DNA from: an uncultured Clostridia bacterium
GTDB lineage: Bacteria > Bacillota > Clostridia > Christensenellales > UBA1242
Length of the DNA: 64,000 nt
Reading direction: 5' to 3'
NCBI GenBank assembly: GCA_944351415.1
Contig: CALVPQ010000001.1
Coordinates: 13,540-77,539 of the forward strand
Shown piece by piece: positions 46,398 to 56,120 of this stretch. A program made the position numbers and the translations under genes. The notes below the pieces were generated by a model. It ran no database searches, was not told the DNA's origin, and was given only the letters and a program-made list of their open reading frames with translations. Every line of letters begins with the position of its first letter. Within the stretch, counting starts at the first letter, position 1.

Positions 46398-48350
46398 TTA
46401 CATTTTTTTATAATTTTTCATAAACTCATCTTCTCGGTCGAAGTTTGCATGCTCATTGATATACTTCTTTCTTGCCTCAATATCATCTCCCATAAGTGTT
46501 GTTACCATCTTTTCAGCCTCTGCCGCATCATCTATAGTCACTTGAACTAGGTTACGTTTTTCAGGGTCCATAGTTGTCTCCCACAACTGTTCTGGATTCA
46601 TCTCTCCTAGCCCTTTGTATCTTTGTAAATCATAATTTCGCCCTGCCCGAGCAGTTGCCTGTGGAAGCTCTTTATCAGAATAAACATACTCTTCATAGCC
46701 TTTTTTTGAAACTCTATAAAGTGGTGGAAGTCCAATAAAAACATGACCATCATTGATAAGTTCTCTCATATACCTAAAAAAGAAAGTTAAAAGTATTGCT
46801 CTGATATGTGCACCATCTTGGTCGGCATCACTTAGAATTATAACTTTATTATATCTTAAACTTGATAGGTCAAAATCCTCACCAATACCTGTGTTAAGTG
46901 CTGATATAATTGTTCTTATCTCTTCATTTGCAAGCACTTGGTCTATTCTCTTTTTTTCAGCATTGAGAGGCTTGCCCCTAAGTGGAAGGATAGCTTGATA
47001 GCGTCTATCACGACCTTGTTTTGCAGAACCACCCGCAGAATCACCTTCCACAATAAATAGCTCTGACTTTTCTCTATTCTTTGATGTTGCGGCTGCAAGT
47101 TTTCCAACCAAATTAAAATTTTCAGCTGAGTTTTTTGCTCGTGTCAGCTCTTTTGCTTTTTTTGCAGCTTCTCTTACCTTTGCAGCACCTTTTGCCTTAT
47201 TGACAATAACTTCTGCAGTTGTTGATAGCTTTTTGTCTTTCAATAGCTCTGAAAGTTTTTTTATTGTTAAATTTTCAACAAGAGTCTTTGCCTCTGGATT
47301 GCCTAGCTTTGTTTTTGTTTGCCCTTCAAACTGAACATTGTTCATTTTTACATTTAAAACAACTGTAAGCCCTTCTCTGAAATCTTCACCGAGCAAATTT
47401 TGTTCCTTTTCTTTTAAAAAGTTATTGCTACGTGCATATTCGTTCATCACCTTGGTGAAAGCAGAACGAAAACCAGTTTCATGTGTTCCACCTTCTATTG
47501 TTGGAATATTGTTTACATACGAGAATGAGCTTTCTGTGTAACCATCTGTATAGATAAAGGCAACTTGAAGGTCAAAATTTTTATCTTCCGCTTCAAAGTA
47601 TACTGGCTTGTTAAAAAGTTTATTTTTCCCTTCAACAAGGTATAGAACAAAGTCTGCTATACCACCTTCATAGTGATATTCTTCTTCCCTGTCGCTACTT
47701 TGGTCAATAAGCTTTATCTTTAAACCTTTGTTTAAAAAGGCAAGTTCTCTTGCACGATTGCATATTGTTTCAAAATTGAATTTTATATTACCGAACATAT
47801 CACTATCTGGAAGGAAAGTCACCTTTGTTCCTGTTTTCTTAGTTTTTCCAACCATTTTTAAAGGTTCTACTGGCACACCACTATGCGTTTTTCCGTTTTC
47901 GTCTGTGAATGAGTGAAAACCAATATAATATTCCTTGCCATCTTTATAAACTGTGACATTACACCACTTTGAAAGTGCATTTGTAACTGAAGCACCAACG
48001 CCATGAAGTCCACCAGAAAATTTATAGTTATCAGTGTTAAACTTTCCACCTGCATGCAAAGTTGTATAGACAACCTCAACACCTGATTTGTGAAGAGTTG
48101 GGTGTTCGTCAACTGGTATACCACGTCCATTATCTTCAACCGTGGCAGAACCATCAGTGTTGAGAGTGATTGTTATGGTATCACCATAGCCATTTGCAAT
48201 TTCGTCAATAGCATTATCAACTATCTCCCATAAAAGATGGTGCATACCCTTACTGCCTGTTGTGCCTATATACATACCTGGGCGGAGTCTGACTGCTTCA
48301 AGTCCTTCAAGCACAACTATATCTTTTGCATTATATTTTTGTTCTGACAT
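46398..48350 (-). CDS. parE: Type IIA topoisomerase subunit B, ParE-like (GyrB not excluded)
   Basis: GHKL ATPase (LWEIVDNAIDE, GLHGVGASV) and Toprim (EGDSAGGSA, PLRGKPLN); 650 aa. Confidence 0.7.
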   Translation of the reverse strand: MSEQKYNAKDIVVLEGLEAVRLRPGMYIGTTGSKGMHHLLWEIVDNAIDEIANGYGDTITITLNTDGSATVEDNGRGIPVDEHPTLHKSGVEVVYTTLHAGGKFNTDNYKFSGGLHGVGASVTNALSKWCNVTVYKDGKEYYIGFHSFTDENGKTHSGVPVEPLKMVGKTKKTGTKVTFLPDSDMFGNIKFNFETICNRARELAFLNKGLKIKLIDQSSDREEEYHYEGGIADFVLYLVEGKNKLFNKPVYFEAEDKNFDLQVAFIYTDGYTESSFSYVNNIPTIEGGTHETGFRSAFTKVMNEYARSNNFLKEKEQNLLGEDFREGLTVVLNVKMNNVQFEGQTKTKLGNPEAKTLVENLTIKKLSELLKDKKLSTTAEVIVNKAKGAAKVREAAKKAKELTRAKNSAENFNLVGKLAAATSKNREKSELFIVEGDSAGGSAKQGRDRRYQAILPLRGKPLNAEKKRIDQVLANEEIRTIISALNTGIGEDFDLSSLRYNKVIILSDADQDGAHIRAILLTFFFRYMRELINDGHVFIGLPPLYRVSKKGYEEYVYSDKELPQATARAGRNYDLQRYKGLGEMNPEQLWETTMDPEKRNLVQVTIDDAAEAEKMVTTLMGDDIEARKKYINEHANFDREDEFMKNYKKM

Positions 48351-48594
48351 ACTTTCTCCCTAATTATTATAAATCTATCTTTATTTATTATAACATAAAA
48401 AGCCTTTTTTAACAATAGTTTTTACCCCTTTTATTCAATCTTTATAACAAAAAATAGTTATGTTTTTGTAATTGAATTTAATGTATAAAAATTCATATAT
48501 ATGCATATTTATACATTATTTTGTATAATGATAAATGTGTCGAATTGTGGCATATTTTGTTTAAAGATGAGTAGAATACATCTAGGAGATTTTT

Positions 48595-49650
48595 ATGAAA
48601 ACTATTGTTTTAACAGGTGGTGGAACTGCTGGGCATGTCTACCCTGCTCTTGCAGTTTATGAAAGGCTTGATAAAGATTACGTTGTTCACTATATTGGTG
48701 GAAGTGGTATTGAAAAAGATATTCTTGCAAAAGAAAAAGATATTATCTATCACCAAATTGACACAGTTAAGCTTGAGCGGAGATTTACACTGAAAAACTT
48801 ACTTATTCCTTTTAGACTTTTAAAAGCGGTGCGGGAAGCTAAAAAAATTTTAAAAGAGATTAAGCCTTGTTGTATATTTTCTAAAGGCGGTTTTGTTGCC
48901 GTGCCTGTGGCTATTGCTGGAAGGAGTTTAAAAATTCCAATTATTAGTCATGAATCTGACTTTAGTATGGGGCTTGCAAATAAGATTATTCTTAGGTGTT
49001 GCAACTTTATGTGCACTGCTTTTAATGATACCGCAAAGACTTCTGAAAAATGCATGTTCACTGGGCAACCTATAAGAGATGTTCTTTTTAAGGGCAATAA
49101 AAAGAAACTTGAATTTTATGAGAAATTGGATAAAACTAAGGGCAATTTACTTGTTGTGGGTGGCTCAAGTGGGGCTAAATTTATAAACGACAAGGTTATA
49201 AAAAATATTGATAGACTTACAAAAAACTTTAATGTTGTTCATATAACTGGCAAGCAAAACGTTAAAAAAATAAGCCACCCTGACTATTATCAAATTGAAT
49301 ATGCTGATAATATGGGTGACTATCTTGACTATGCTGATATTGTGCTTTCACGGGCTGGCTCGGGTGCAATAAATGAATTTTTAACCTTCAAAAAGCCTAT
49401 GCTTTTAATTCCCCTTTCGAAAAAGTGTTCACGTGGCGACCAAATTGAAAATGCAAAATTATTTTCTTCTTTGGGTTATGCCGATATACTTCTTGAAGAA
49501 GATTATGATGATAGTCTATTTTTAATAAAACTTAATAATTTATATAAAAATAGAGAAAAATACATTAAAAACACGGAAAAAATGGCTAAAAACGATGCTT
49601 GTGACAAAATTATTGCATTAATTAAGCAAGTTGAATTAAAAAATAATTAA
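48595..49650 (+). CDS. murG: UDP-GlcNAc:lipid I N-acetylglucosaminyltransferase MurG
   Basis: GGGTAGHVYPALAV and the C-terminal RAGSGAINE. Confidence 0.85.
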   Translation: MKTIVLTGGGTAGHVYPALAVYERLDKDYVVHYIGGSGIEKDILAKEKDIIYHQIDTVKLERRFTLKNLLIPFRLLKAVREAKKILKEIKPCCIFSKGGFVAVPVAIAGRSLKIPIISHESDFSMGLANKIILRCCNFMCTAFNDTAKTSEKCMFTGQPIRDVLFKGNKKKLEFYEKLDKTKGNLLVVGGSSGAKFINDKVIKNIDRLTKNFNVVHITGKQNVKKISHPDYYQIEYADNMGDYLDYADIVLSRAGSGAINEFLTFKKPMLLIPLSKKCSRGDQIENAKLFSSLGYADILLEEDYDDSLFLIKLNNLYKNREKYIKNTEKMAKNDACDKIIALIKQVELKNN

Positions 49651-49717
49651 AGTAAAACCTTTTTATTTCTATAACCTTGAAATAAATCTTATTTAATAAA
49701 ATTAGAATATATTATAT

Positions 49718-51637
49718 TTACATTTCTACAAATTTTGTTTTAAGGTAGACAAGAAAATCATCTAAAGTTTCAAAAGAAAGATTTTCATATTCTTTATATT
49801 CACATAACTCTTTCTTTGTTATGGCTTCTAAGAAATCCTTTATAGTTGCCTTGATATAATAACCGCCACCTTTTGATGGACTTGAAAAACTTAAGAGAGA
49901 TTTTTCTCCGTTTCCATCTACATCAACTTCAACACTTAAATCAAAATGAGAAATGGCATTTCTGATTGCTTTTACAATAAGCATTTTGTCCTCTAAACTT
50001 TCACCTTTTCTATACCTTCCATTTTTATTTTTAAATTTTGGAATAAATGTGAATTTTGAAAAATCTAAAGCCTTTAAAACTTCTTGCGCAAGATTATCTT
50101 CAATATCTTCTGCAAACCTATTTTGTATTAAATTAAGATAGGCAATAAAATAACAAATAAAAAGTTGCGCTTCACGTTCTTGCAAAAGTAGTAGGTTTGT
50201 TTTTAAATTTTTATTTTTACTTACTGGAGGTGTATCATCTGTTATAATACCTATTGCTTCACTTATTAGATTTTGCATACCACTCTTCTGAATTGCTATA
50301 CCCTTTGTGTCACCATTAATTTTAAATATATCTTCATTTATGTATATATTTTTATCATAAAAGTTAAATAAAAAATTTAAAGATTTTTTAATTAATCTAC
50401 AACTTTCATCATTAGTTGCCCCCAAACCTTGCGGAAGCAATTTTTTTATTAATTCTGTATTACAAATTTTATGGCTTTCAATCGTTGCCTTAGGAAATCC
50501 CTCTTTTAAAAGCTCCATCACCTCTTCATTGTCTATATAGTCGTAAGCTTTATAACCATTAACAACACGATATATAACTGCAATATAGAAAGATTTATCT
50601 TCGTCTTTATTTGGTATAACGGTATAGTGATAAAGATTGCTAAGATATTCAGAAATTGATTGATTTGCATGAATTTTTGGTGTCAATACAAAATCCCAAT
50701 CTGACGCTTGTTCATCATCATAATCTACCATCTGATGCATAACATTTAAAAATAAATCATCAACCACTATTGCTCTTGGTTCGCTTTCGTTTGTTATAAA
50801 AACTAAATTTCTGCAAATAAAATTACTTTGAACTATATTGCATGCAGAAAACTCTTCATGTCCTGCGATACAATCTCTTAATTTTTTCATTATAATTCCA
50901 GCATCATAGTTTTCATCTATTGAGCCATCTTTTTTTACCACCATAAAGCCAGGTTGTTTTTCTTGCAAGTTTTTATATTCTTCATAGGTGCCATTATCAA
51001 AAAATTCTTTAGCAACAAGTTGTCCATCAATTAATAGATAGTCTATAATATATCTTGAAAGCTCCCTTTTATAAATTAAATTTGATGTGAAAACACTTAA
51101 ATGAACTTTATATAAATTTTCTTTTATCTTTACAACCCCTAGACTTTTCAATAGTGCTTCTGTTTTTTCTTTACTACAAATAGTAGGAAATCTAAAATTA
51201 GCAAGAATTTTACTTGACGTTCTTATATTACCATTATAAAGTTCATTTGCCGGTTCAATTTTTAAAAAACAATCTATAACTTTATCTCTTTTCTCATATA
51301 CGTTAAACATATCATAAAAATTGCCAATATTTTTTTTGAACAACTTTAATGATTTGATTGAAGGAGATTTTATAAAATCCTTAAACAAAGGATTGTCGTA
51401 ATCTTCAGCATCTGCCCCATCTTTCATCATACTCCCAAGAAAAAAACTTTTTTCTTTGCAAGCTATAGCAAGCTTATTAAGAGAACTTTCATCTTCTTCA
51501 ACAGAATATGTTATTAAAAAGCGGAAAATTCTTAGAGCATCACACAAAAAATCTTGCTCCGCTTGTGTGAACCTGTTTTGTTTGGTATTATTATTGTTAA
51601 TTTTTTCAATCAATTTATAAATGGCTTCACTTCTCAT
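49718..51637 (-). CDS. Large orphan protein with a C-terminal HEPN-type RNxxxH motif (and a weaker internal Rx5H)
   Basis: Start set at the ATG at 51637, after AAAGGAG. KAIRNAISHFD is encoded at 49963..49946, which I verified codon by codon. KKLRDCIAGHEEF is encoded at 50878..50858. There is no signal peptide or TM segment. Confidence 0.6.
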   Translation of the reverse strand: MRSEAIYKLIEKINNNNTKQNRFTQAEQDFLCDALRIFRFLITYSVEEDESSLNKLAIACKEKSFFLGSMMKDGADAEDYDNPLFKDFIKSPSIKSLKLFKKNIGNFYDMFNVYEKRDKVIDCFLKIEPANELYNGNIRTSSKILANFRFPTICSKEKTEALLKSLGVVKIKENLYKVHLSVFTSNLIYKRELSRYIIDYLLIDGQLVAKEFFDNGTYEEYKNLQEKQPGFMVVKKDGSIDENYDAGIIMKKLRDCIAGHEEFSACNIVQSNFICRNLVFITNESEPRAIVVDDLFLNVMHQMVDYDDEQASDWDFVLTPKIHANQSISEYLSNLYHYTVIPNKDEDKSFYIAVIYRVVNGYKAYDYIDNEEVMELLKEGFPKATIESHKICNTELIKKLLPQGLGATNDESCRLIKKSLNFLFNFYDKNIYINEDIFKINGDTKGIAIQKSGMQNLISEAIGIITDDTPPVSKNKNLKTNLLLLQEREAQLFICYFIAYLNLIQNRFAEDIEDNLAQEVLKALDFSKFTFIPKFKNKNGRYRKGESLEDKMLIVKAIRNAISHFDLSVEVDVDGNGEKSLLSFSSPSKGGGYYIKATIKDFLEAITKKELCEYKEYENLSFETLDDFLVYLKTKFVEM

Positions 51638-51788
51638 ATAAACTCCTTTAATTTCTATTGCAGAATTTTGTATAGGTTCAGTATAACTTTTTTCTTGTCT
51701 AAACATCAAACTTTTTATGCATTTTTTTAAACTATTACTTATTTAATTAGAGCCTGATAAATAAAAAATTCAGCAAATTTTGCCGAAT

Positions 51789-52943
51789 TTATATAATATT
51801 TTCTAGTAACCTTTTAAATTCTGGATAACCAAAGCCTTCTAAATTTTTATTGTAGGTTATTTGTTTACAACTTCGCAATAATAGCCTTTTCACTTCTATT
51901 GGCTTTAGTTTTTCATTCTGCTCAAGCAAAAGTGCACAGAGCCCTGCTATCATTGGTGTTGCAACCGATGTTCCGCTTAAAACCGTGTATGGCTTTTCTA
52001 TCCCACAAGAGATTATGTCTACAGATGGAGCAATAAGGTCTGGTTTGAAACGTGAAAAAGCCGGACCACGCGATGAAAACTCAGCCACTTCAAAAAAATT
52101 TTCATTATAAGAATCTAAATCTATGCGATTGTCATCAAAACCGCCAACAGTGATAATTTGGCTTGAAACACCAGGGCTTTTTATTGTTTGAAATTCAGGC
52201 CCACTATTACCTGCTGCTGCCACAACAACAATTCCCTCTCTCCATAATTCTTCTGCACCTGACATGATAGGGTCATTATGCCCTAATGGCTCACTACCAA
52301 AACTCATACACACAACCTTGATATTATATTGCTTATGATTAAGATACACCCATTCCATTGCATTCAAAATCTTGTCAGCTGATGCCTCCCCAAGCCTGTT
52401 AAGTGCCTTTAATGAAATTATGTTAGATTGCGGAGCTATACCACTAAACCTGCCACCAGAAAGTGCACCATTTCCACTGCACACCCCTGCAACAAACGTG
52501 CCATGCCCATTATCATCATAAATTTGCTCTTTTTCGTTAACAAAATCCTTGAAATATTTTATCCGCTTCTGCCCAATACAAAAATCGCCATGTTCTATTA
52601 TCCCTGTATCAATAAAAGCAACTGTTATATCTTTACCTGTTAAAGGAACATCATCGCTTTTCAAAATCTTTTTTGCTATATTCATAAGAACTGATGCCGT
52701 GCTGACTGAAGAGATAAACTTAACTTGGCTTAATTTTGAAAGTTCTGCTATTTGTTTTCTGTTTGCAAGTATTCTGAATGATTTTATGAATAAATACTCA
52801 TTTAAAATTTCTATTTTTCTATGTATTAAAATTGCTTTTAATCTTTTGTAATCATAAGCACGAACTATGCACTGCGATTTTTTATCGTCTTGTAGAAATT
52901 CAACTATATTTAATAATGTTTTATCTATTTTGTAGTTTATCAT
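51789..52943 (-). CDS. Leaderless S8 (subtilisin-like) serine peptidase with an I9-like N-terminal prodomain
   Basis: Catalytic triad contexts AFIDTGI, HGTFVAG and SGTSVATPM. No signal peptide. It is followed by a terminator-like hairpin at 51757..51788. Confidence 0.85.
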   Translation of the reverse strand: MINYKIDKTLLNIVEFLQDDKKSQCIVRAYDYKRLKAILIHRKIEILNEYLFIKSFRILANRKQIAELSKLSQVKFISSVSTASVLMNIAKKILKSDDVPLTGKDITVAFIDTGIIEHGDFCIGQKRIKYFKDFVNEKEQIYDDNGHGTFVAGVCSGNGALSGGRFSGIAPQSNIISLKALNRLGEASADKILNAMEWVYLNHKQYNIKVVCMSFGSEPLGHNDPIMSGAEELWREGIVVVAAAGNSGPEFQTIKSPGVSSQIITVGGFDDNRIDLDSYNENFFEVAEFSSRGPAFSRFKPDLIAPSVDIISCGIEKPYTVLSGTSVATPMIAGLCALLLEQNEKLKPIEVKRLLLRSCKQITYNKNLEGFGYPEFKRLLENII

Positions 52944-53230
52944 TTTAAGCTTTCAAGTATCCTTTTCATGTTTTGATAATTTTCTTCTGATAATGAACCG
53001 CGTAGGCTCTCAATCATACTTTCAAGCCTTGTGTAATCAAAAGTGCCTGCCTGCTTTTGCTTAGTTACTTCTTTCAATAATTCTCCATTAAGTTCTGCTG
53101 ATGACATATCTTTATAAAAATTGTATTTTTCTATAACATCTTTTTCTGTTATATTGTCTTTTTCCCCTCTATTTTGTTCGTTCTCTGTTTGACTATGTTC
53201 GTGTGTTTTAAAATCTGATAATCTCCCCAT
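52940..53230 (-). CDS. Small hypothetical protein translationally coupled to the S8 peptidase
   Basis: AGGAG RBS; ATGA stop/start overlap with the peptidase gene; 96 aa, charged and helical. Confidence 0.6.
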   Translation of the reverse strand: MGRLSDFKTHEHSQTENEQNRGEKDNITEKDVIEKYNFYKDMSSAELNGELLKEVTKQKQAGTFDYTRLESMIESLRGSLSEENYQNMKRILESLK

Positions 53231-53339
53231 AACTTACTCCTAATTCAATATATGCACACTGAGACTTACAATTTCATACAAAAATAAATTAAGTTATCTA
53301 TCTTAGCAACTTTTTCATTTTTTTTGAATATAACTTAAT

Positions 53340-53786
53340 ATGGATAATTCTGTTTTTGAAATACTTTCAAAAATGCTTGTGGGTAATTTTAATTCTGGTG
53401 CTCAGAATTTTTCACAGCAAAATAGTCAAGTTGCTCAAAATATGCAAAACTCACAAAAAAATCATGCTTCTTCCTATTATCCTGATGAAATTTTTTCAAA
53501 TATAAAAAATCAAAACAATACAGATGACCAAAATAACACACAAAATGGTGTTAATACTCAAGGATTTATACCTAACTCTGATAAGGCGTTTGTAGGTCAA
53601 GCTAGTGGAGAGCCATTTAATCAAAACAACCTTATGTCTATTCTTTTATCTATGCTAAGTGGAAACAAAAATTTACCTTTTGCAGATGCAATTTCAACTT
53701 TAACAAGACAAAATAAAAGTGATAGCAAAAGCAAAGATAATGATTTACAAGAAAAAAGCCCACCAAGTGATGAAATTATTTTATAA
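53340..53786 (+). CDS. Q/N-rich hypothetical protein
   Basis: A 148-aa open frame in a stop-rich AT genome. It has no clear RBS and a low-complexity composition. Confidence 0.45.
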   Translation: MDNSVFEILSKMLVGNFNSGAQNFSQQNSQVAQNMQNSQKNHASSYYPDEIFSNIKNQNNTDDQNNTQNGVNTQGFIPNSDKAFVGQASGEPFNQNNLMSILLSMLSGNKNLPFADAISTLTRQNKSDSKSKDNDLQEKSPPSDEIIL

Positions 53787-53821
53787 CTTTTACTTTTAAT
53801 CTATTGTGGAGCTTTTATATT

Positions 53822-53860
53822 AAAAAAGTATGTTTAAAAGAATATAAACATACTTTTTTA
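53822..53860. terminator. Bidirectional intrinsic terminator
   Basis: aagtatgttta...taaacatactt flanked by an A-run and a T-run. Confidence 0.7.
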
Positions 53861-53861
53861 T

Positions 53862-54320
53862 TTAATTTTCTTTATCATGATAATACTCAAAAGCTTGGAG
53901 GGAATTTATAGCCACCCTGATATTGGGCGGACAAGCTGATAAAATCAAATCATACTTGTGTTTTGTTGGCACTTCAATATTCATTTCATTTTCGCCAGCA
54001 ACAAATGTTAAATAATAGCCACCACGACCTTGATATGTTTGCTTGACTTCAGTTATATCAGTCCATTTCATAAATAAAATTTCTTTCTTGAAGCGAGTAA
54101 AGCTTATTCCTTCTTCACTGAAAGTGACTTTAATAGATAATGATACCATAGTATAAATGAAGGTAAACACAAAAAGAACTGCAAAAGTCAATAACACAGA
54201 CCAATATCCACTATCTAAGATAGTGGCAACAAGAAAGCCAATAGTTCCTGCTAAGAAAAATAGAACAAAGACAATAAGTGTAATAAGGGCGGCAAAATTT
54301 TTATAAAATGTTGTCTTCAA
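53862..54320 (-). CDS. Two-TM membrane protein with a cytoplasmic beta-rich (bPH-like?) C-terminal part
   Basis: Two long hydrophobic helices in residues 10..65, spaced 11 nt from the upstream ATPase gene. Confidence 0.6.
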   Translation of the reverse strand: MKTTFYKNFAALITLIVFVLFFLAGTIGFLVATILDSGYWSVLLTFAVLFVFTFIYTMVSLSIKVTFSEEGISFTRFKKEILFMKWTDITEVKQTYQGRGGYYLTFVAGENEMNIEVPTKHKYDLILSACPPNIRVAINSLQAFEYYHDKEN

Positions 54321-54331
54321 AGTATTCCCTT

Positions 54332-55015
54332 TTAATTTTTATCTTCGGCTTTACTTTTTTCATCTAGACTATCTACAATTGAGCCATCTTTAAAATATAT
54401 CTTTCTTTTGCAAAGTTCACTGACAATATCTTCTTTTGTTGTTGCAACTATTAATGTTGTTTTTTTAGTTTTAAGCTGTTTTATTAAATCAAAAACGACC
54501 TCTTTAACCGGTTCTGAAATCTTATCAAATATATTATCTATCATAAGAAGCTCAAGGCTTGGTCTTAATGTAAGTCTAACCAAAGATAAAACATACTTTT
54601 CTTCTAGAGTAAGTTCTTTTATTTTTGTATCTTTTATTTTCTCAAGAGAAAATTCAATTATAGTGCTATTTATTTTATTCTCAATTTCTTTGTCTGTGTA
54701 TTCCCAGCCCTTTAAAATATACTTAAAGTTTTCGTAAACTGATTTTTTTTCTAAAAATACAGGTGTTGCTGGAACGTAGCCAGCATTTATATCAGTTTTA
54801 AAATTAACTTTATCAAGTGGAATATCTTTTATATACACTTCACCCTTTGTGAGTTTTTCAAGTTTTGCAAGAATCCTTAAAAGACTGGTCTTACCGCTTT
54901 CATCTTCACCAATAAAAGCCACACTTTCACCAGAATTAATATCTATGTTCACATCATAAAGTGCATAAAATTCTCGAGTATATCGAAGAAATAAATTTTT
55001 TATTTTTATCATCAA
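54332..55015 (-). CDS. ABC-type ATPase homolog with degenerate catalytic motifs
   Basis: Walker A is intact (GEDESGKTS). The signature reads LTLEEK instead of LSGGQ, Walker B reads LLMIDN (no catalytic Glu), and there is no H-loop His (VATTKED). Confidence 0.7.
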   Translation of the reverse strand: MMIKIKNLFLRYTREFYALYDVNIDINSGESVAFIGEDESGKTSLLRILAKLEKLTKGEVYIKDIPLDKVNFKTDINAGYVPATPVFLEKKSVYENFKYILKGWEYTDKEIENKINSTIIEFSLEKIKDTKIKELTLEEKYVLSLVRLTLRPSLELLMIDNIFDKISEPVKEVVFDLIKQLKTKKTTLIVATTKEDIVSELCKRKIYFKDGSIVDSLDEKSKAEDKN

Positions 55016-55092
55016 AAAGCTCCTTAAAATAAAAACATTTTATAATATTAATATACTATAAAATAAAAAAAAATAAAAGCAATTTTTTGCCT

Positions 55093-55626
55093 TTATTTGA
55101 TTTTTAATGTTTTTTGACTGGATATTGGTTCACTTCCAACTAAAATTTGACCTGTGCCTTGACTGTTTTCTTCGATGTCGCCAACAACAACTCGCAGGGT
55201 TATTTCTAAAGTTGAGTCATAATTAAATAAATAGGTTTTCCCTGTTATATCTTTGAACTTTTCAAAACTTTCTTCCCCCGCTTTGTCGTTTGCCCTGCAA
55301 ATAAGAGCCGTCAAAGAAAACCATTCATCATAATCGTCAATATCTAATGTTATTTTATCTTGATTTTCTTCCCAAAAGATTAAACTGCAAATTTTATCAC
55401 ACTTTATTTGCACATCTACATATTTTTCTTCCACTCTACTATCACTTAAAAAATTTATTCGCACAGCATAATTTTCACTTCCAGCTGACGTTATTTCTGA
55501 AATTGTTGCACAATTAAGTTGTGTGGAATTTTCACAAGAAGGCAAAAAAATTGTAGTTAAAAGCAAAAAAGTTGCAACAAGTAATATAAAAAGTTTGTTT
55601 TTATGTTTATATAAAATATTTATCAT
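55093..55626 (-). CDS. Putative lipoprotein of unknown function
   Basis: Signal peptide with lipobox-like IFLPSC; 177 aa. Confidence 0.6.
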   Translation of the reverse strand: MINILYKHKNKLFILLVATFLLLTTIFLPSCENSTQLNCATISEITSAGSENYAVRINFLSDSRVEEKYVDVQIKCDKICSLIFWEENQDKITLDIDDYDEWFSLTALICRANDKAGEESFEKFKDITGKTYLFNYDSTLEITLRVVVGDIEENSQGTGQILVGSEPISSQKTLKIK

Positions 55627-55689
55627 AAACCACCCTTTATATTATTATTGACATGATTTTTATTTTTAAAACAAAAAAGTTATTGTATT

Positions 55690-56046
55690 TTAAAATGCAT
55701 TTTCTATATGATTAAGTTCCTGCCCAACTATTTCTATAACGTCAAATCTGCAAGGACAAGCTGTAAGTTTATTTTCTATCAAGAATCTCTCTGCAACTTT
55801 CCGAATTTTATTTTGTTTAAAAAAATTTACTGCTTCGCTTGGTCTGCCATAAGCTATTGTATCTCTTGCTTTTACTTCTATAAAGATTATTGTTTTATCT
55901 TTGCTTGCAATAATATCAATTTCACCTAGCTTATTTTTATAGTTTTGCTCTATAATTTTATAACCTTTTTTCTTTAAATAATTTTTTGCGAAAGTTTCTC
56001 CACTGACACCTAAAACCTTGTTTAATTCTTTCATTTCAAAGTCCAC
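55690..56046 (-). CDS. yraN: YraN-family (UPF0102) endonuclease-like protein
   Basis: GETFAKNYLKKKGYKIIEQNY...GEIDIIA...IIFIEVKAR. The start codon is uncertain (GTG at 56046 or ATG at 56034). Confidence 0.8.
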   Translation of the reverse strand: MDFEMKELNKVLGVSGETFAKNYLKKKGYKIIEQNYKNKLGEIDIIASKDKTIIFIEVKARDTIAYGRPSEAVNFFKQNKIRKVAERFLIENKLTACPCRFDVIEIVGQELNHIENAF

Positions 56047-56120
56047 TCTTTATAAAATTAATTATTTGAAACATTTTTATGATAATTCTGATATTTTTTA
56101 TTTTAATTTAAAAAATTGCT

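Noticed and set aside
43833-48350. Calling the type IIA topoisomerase pair gyrB-gyrA
   Set aside because: Subunit A has KPVQRRIL and HPHGDSSVY, and I find no GyrA-box in its C-terminal domain. The locus is not next to dnaA, dnaN or recF. ParE/ParC is favoured, but this is not certain without phylogeny.
49651-51788. Possible Cas13-like locus around the HEPN-motif protein
   Set aside because: No direct-repeat array and no cas1/cas2-like genes occur in the flanks or anywhere in the window. The protein shows no Cas13-specific similarity beyond the motif. I report it only as an orphan HEPN candidate.
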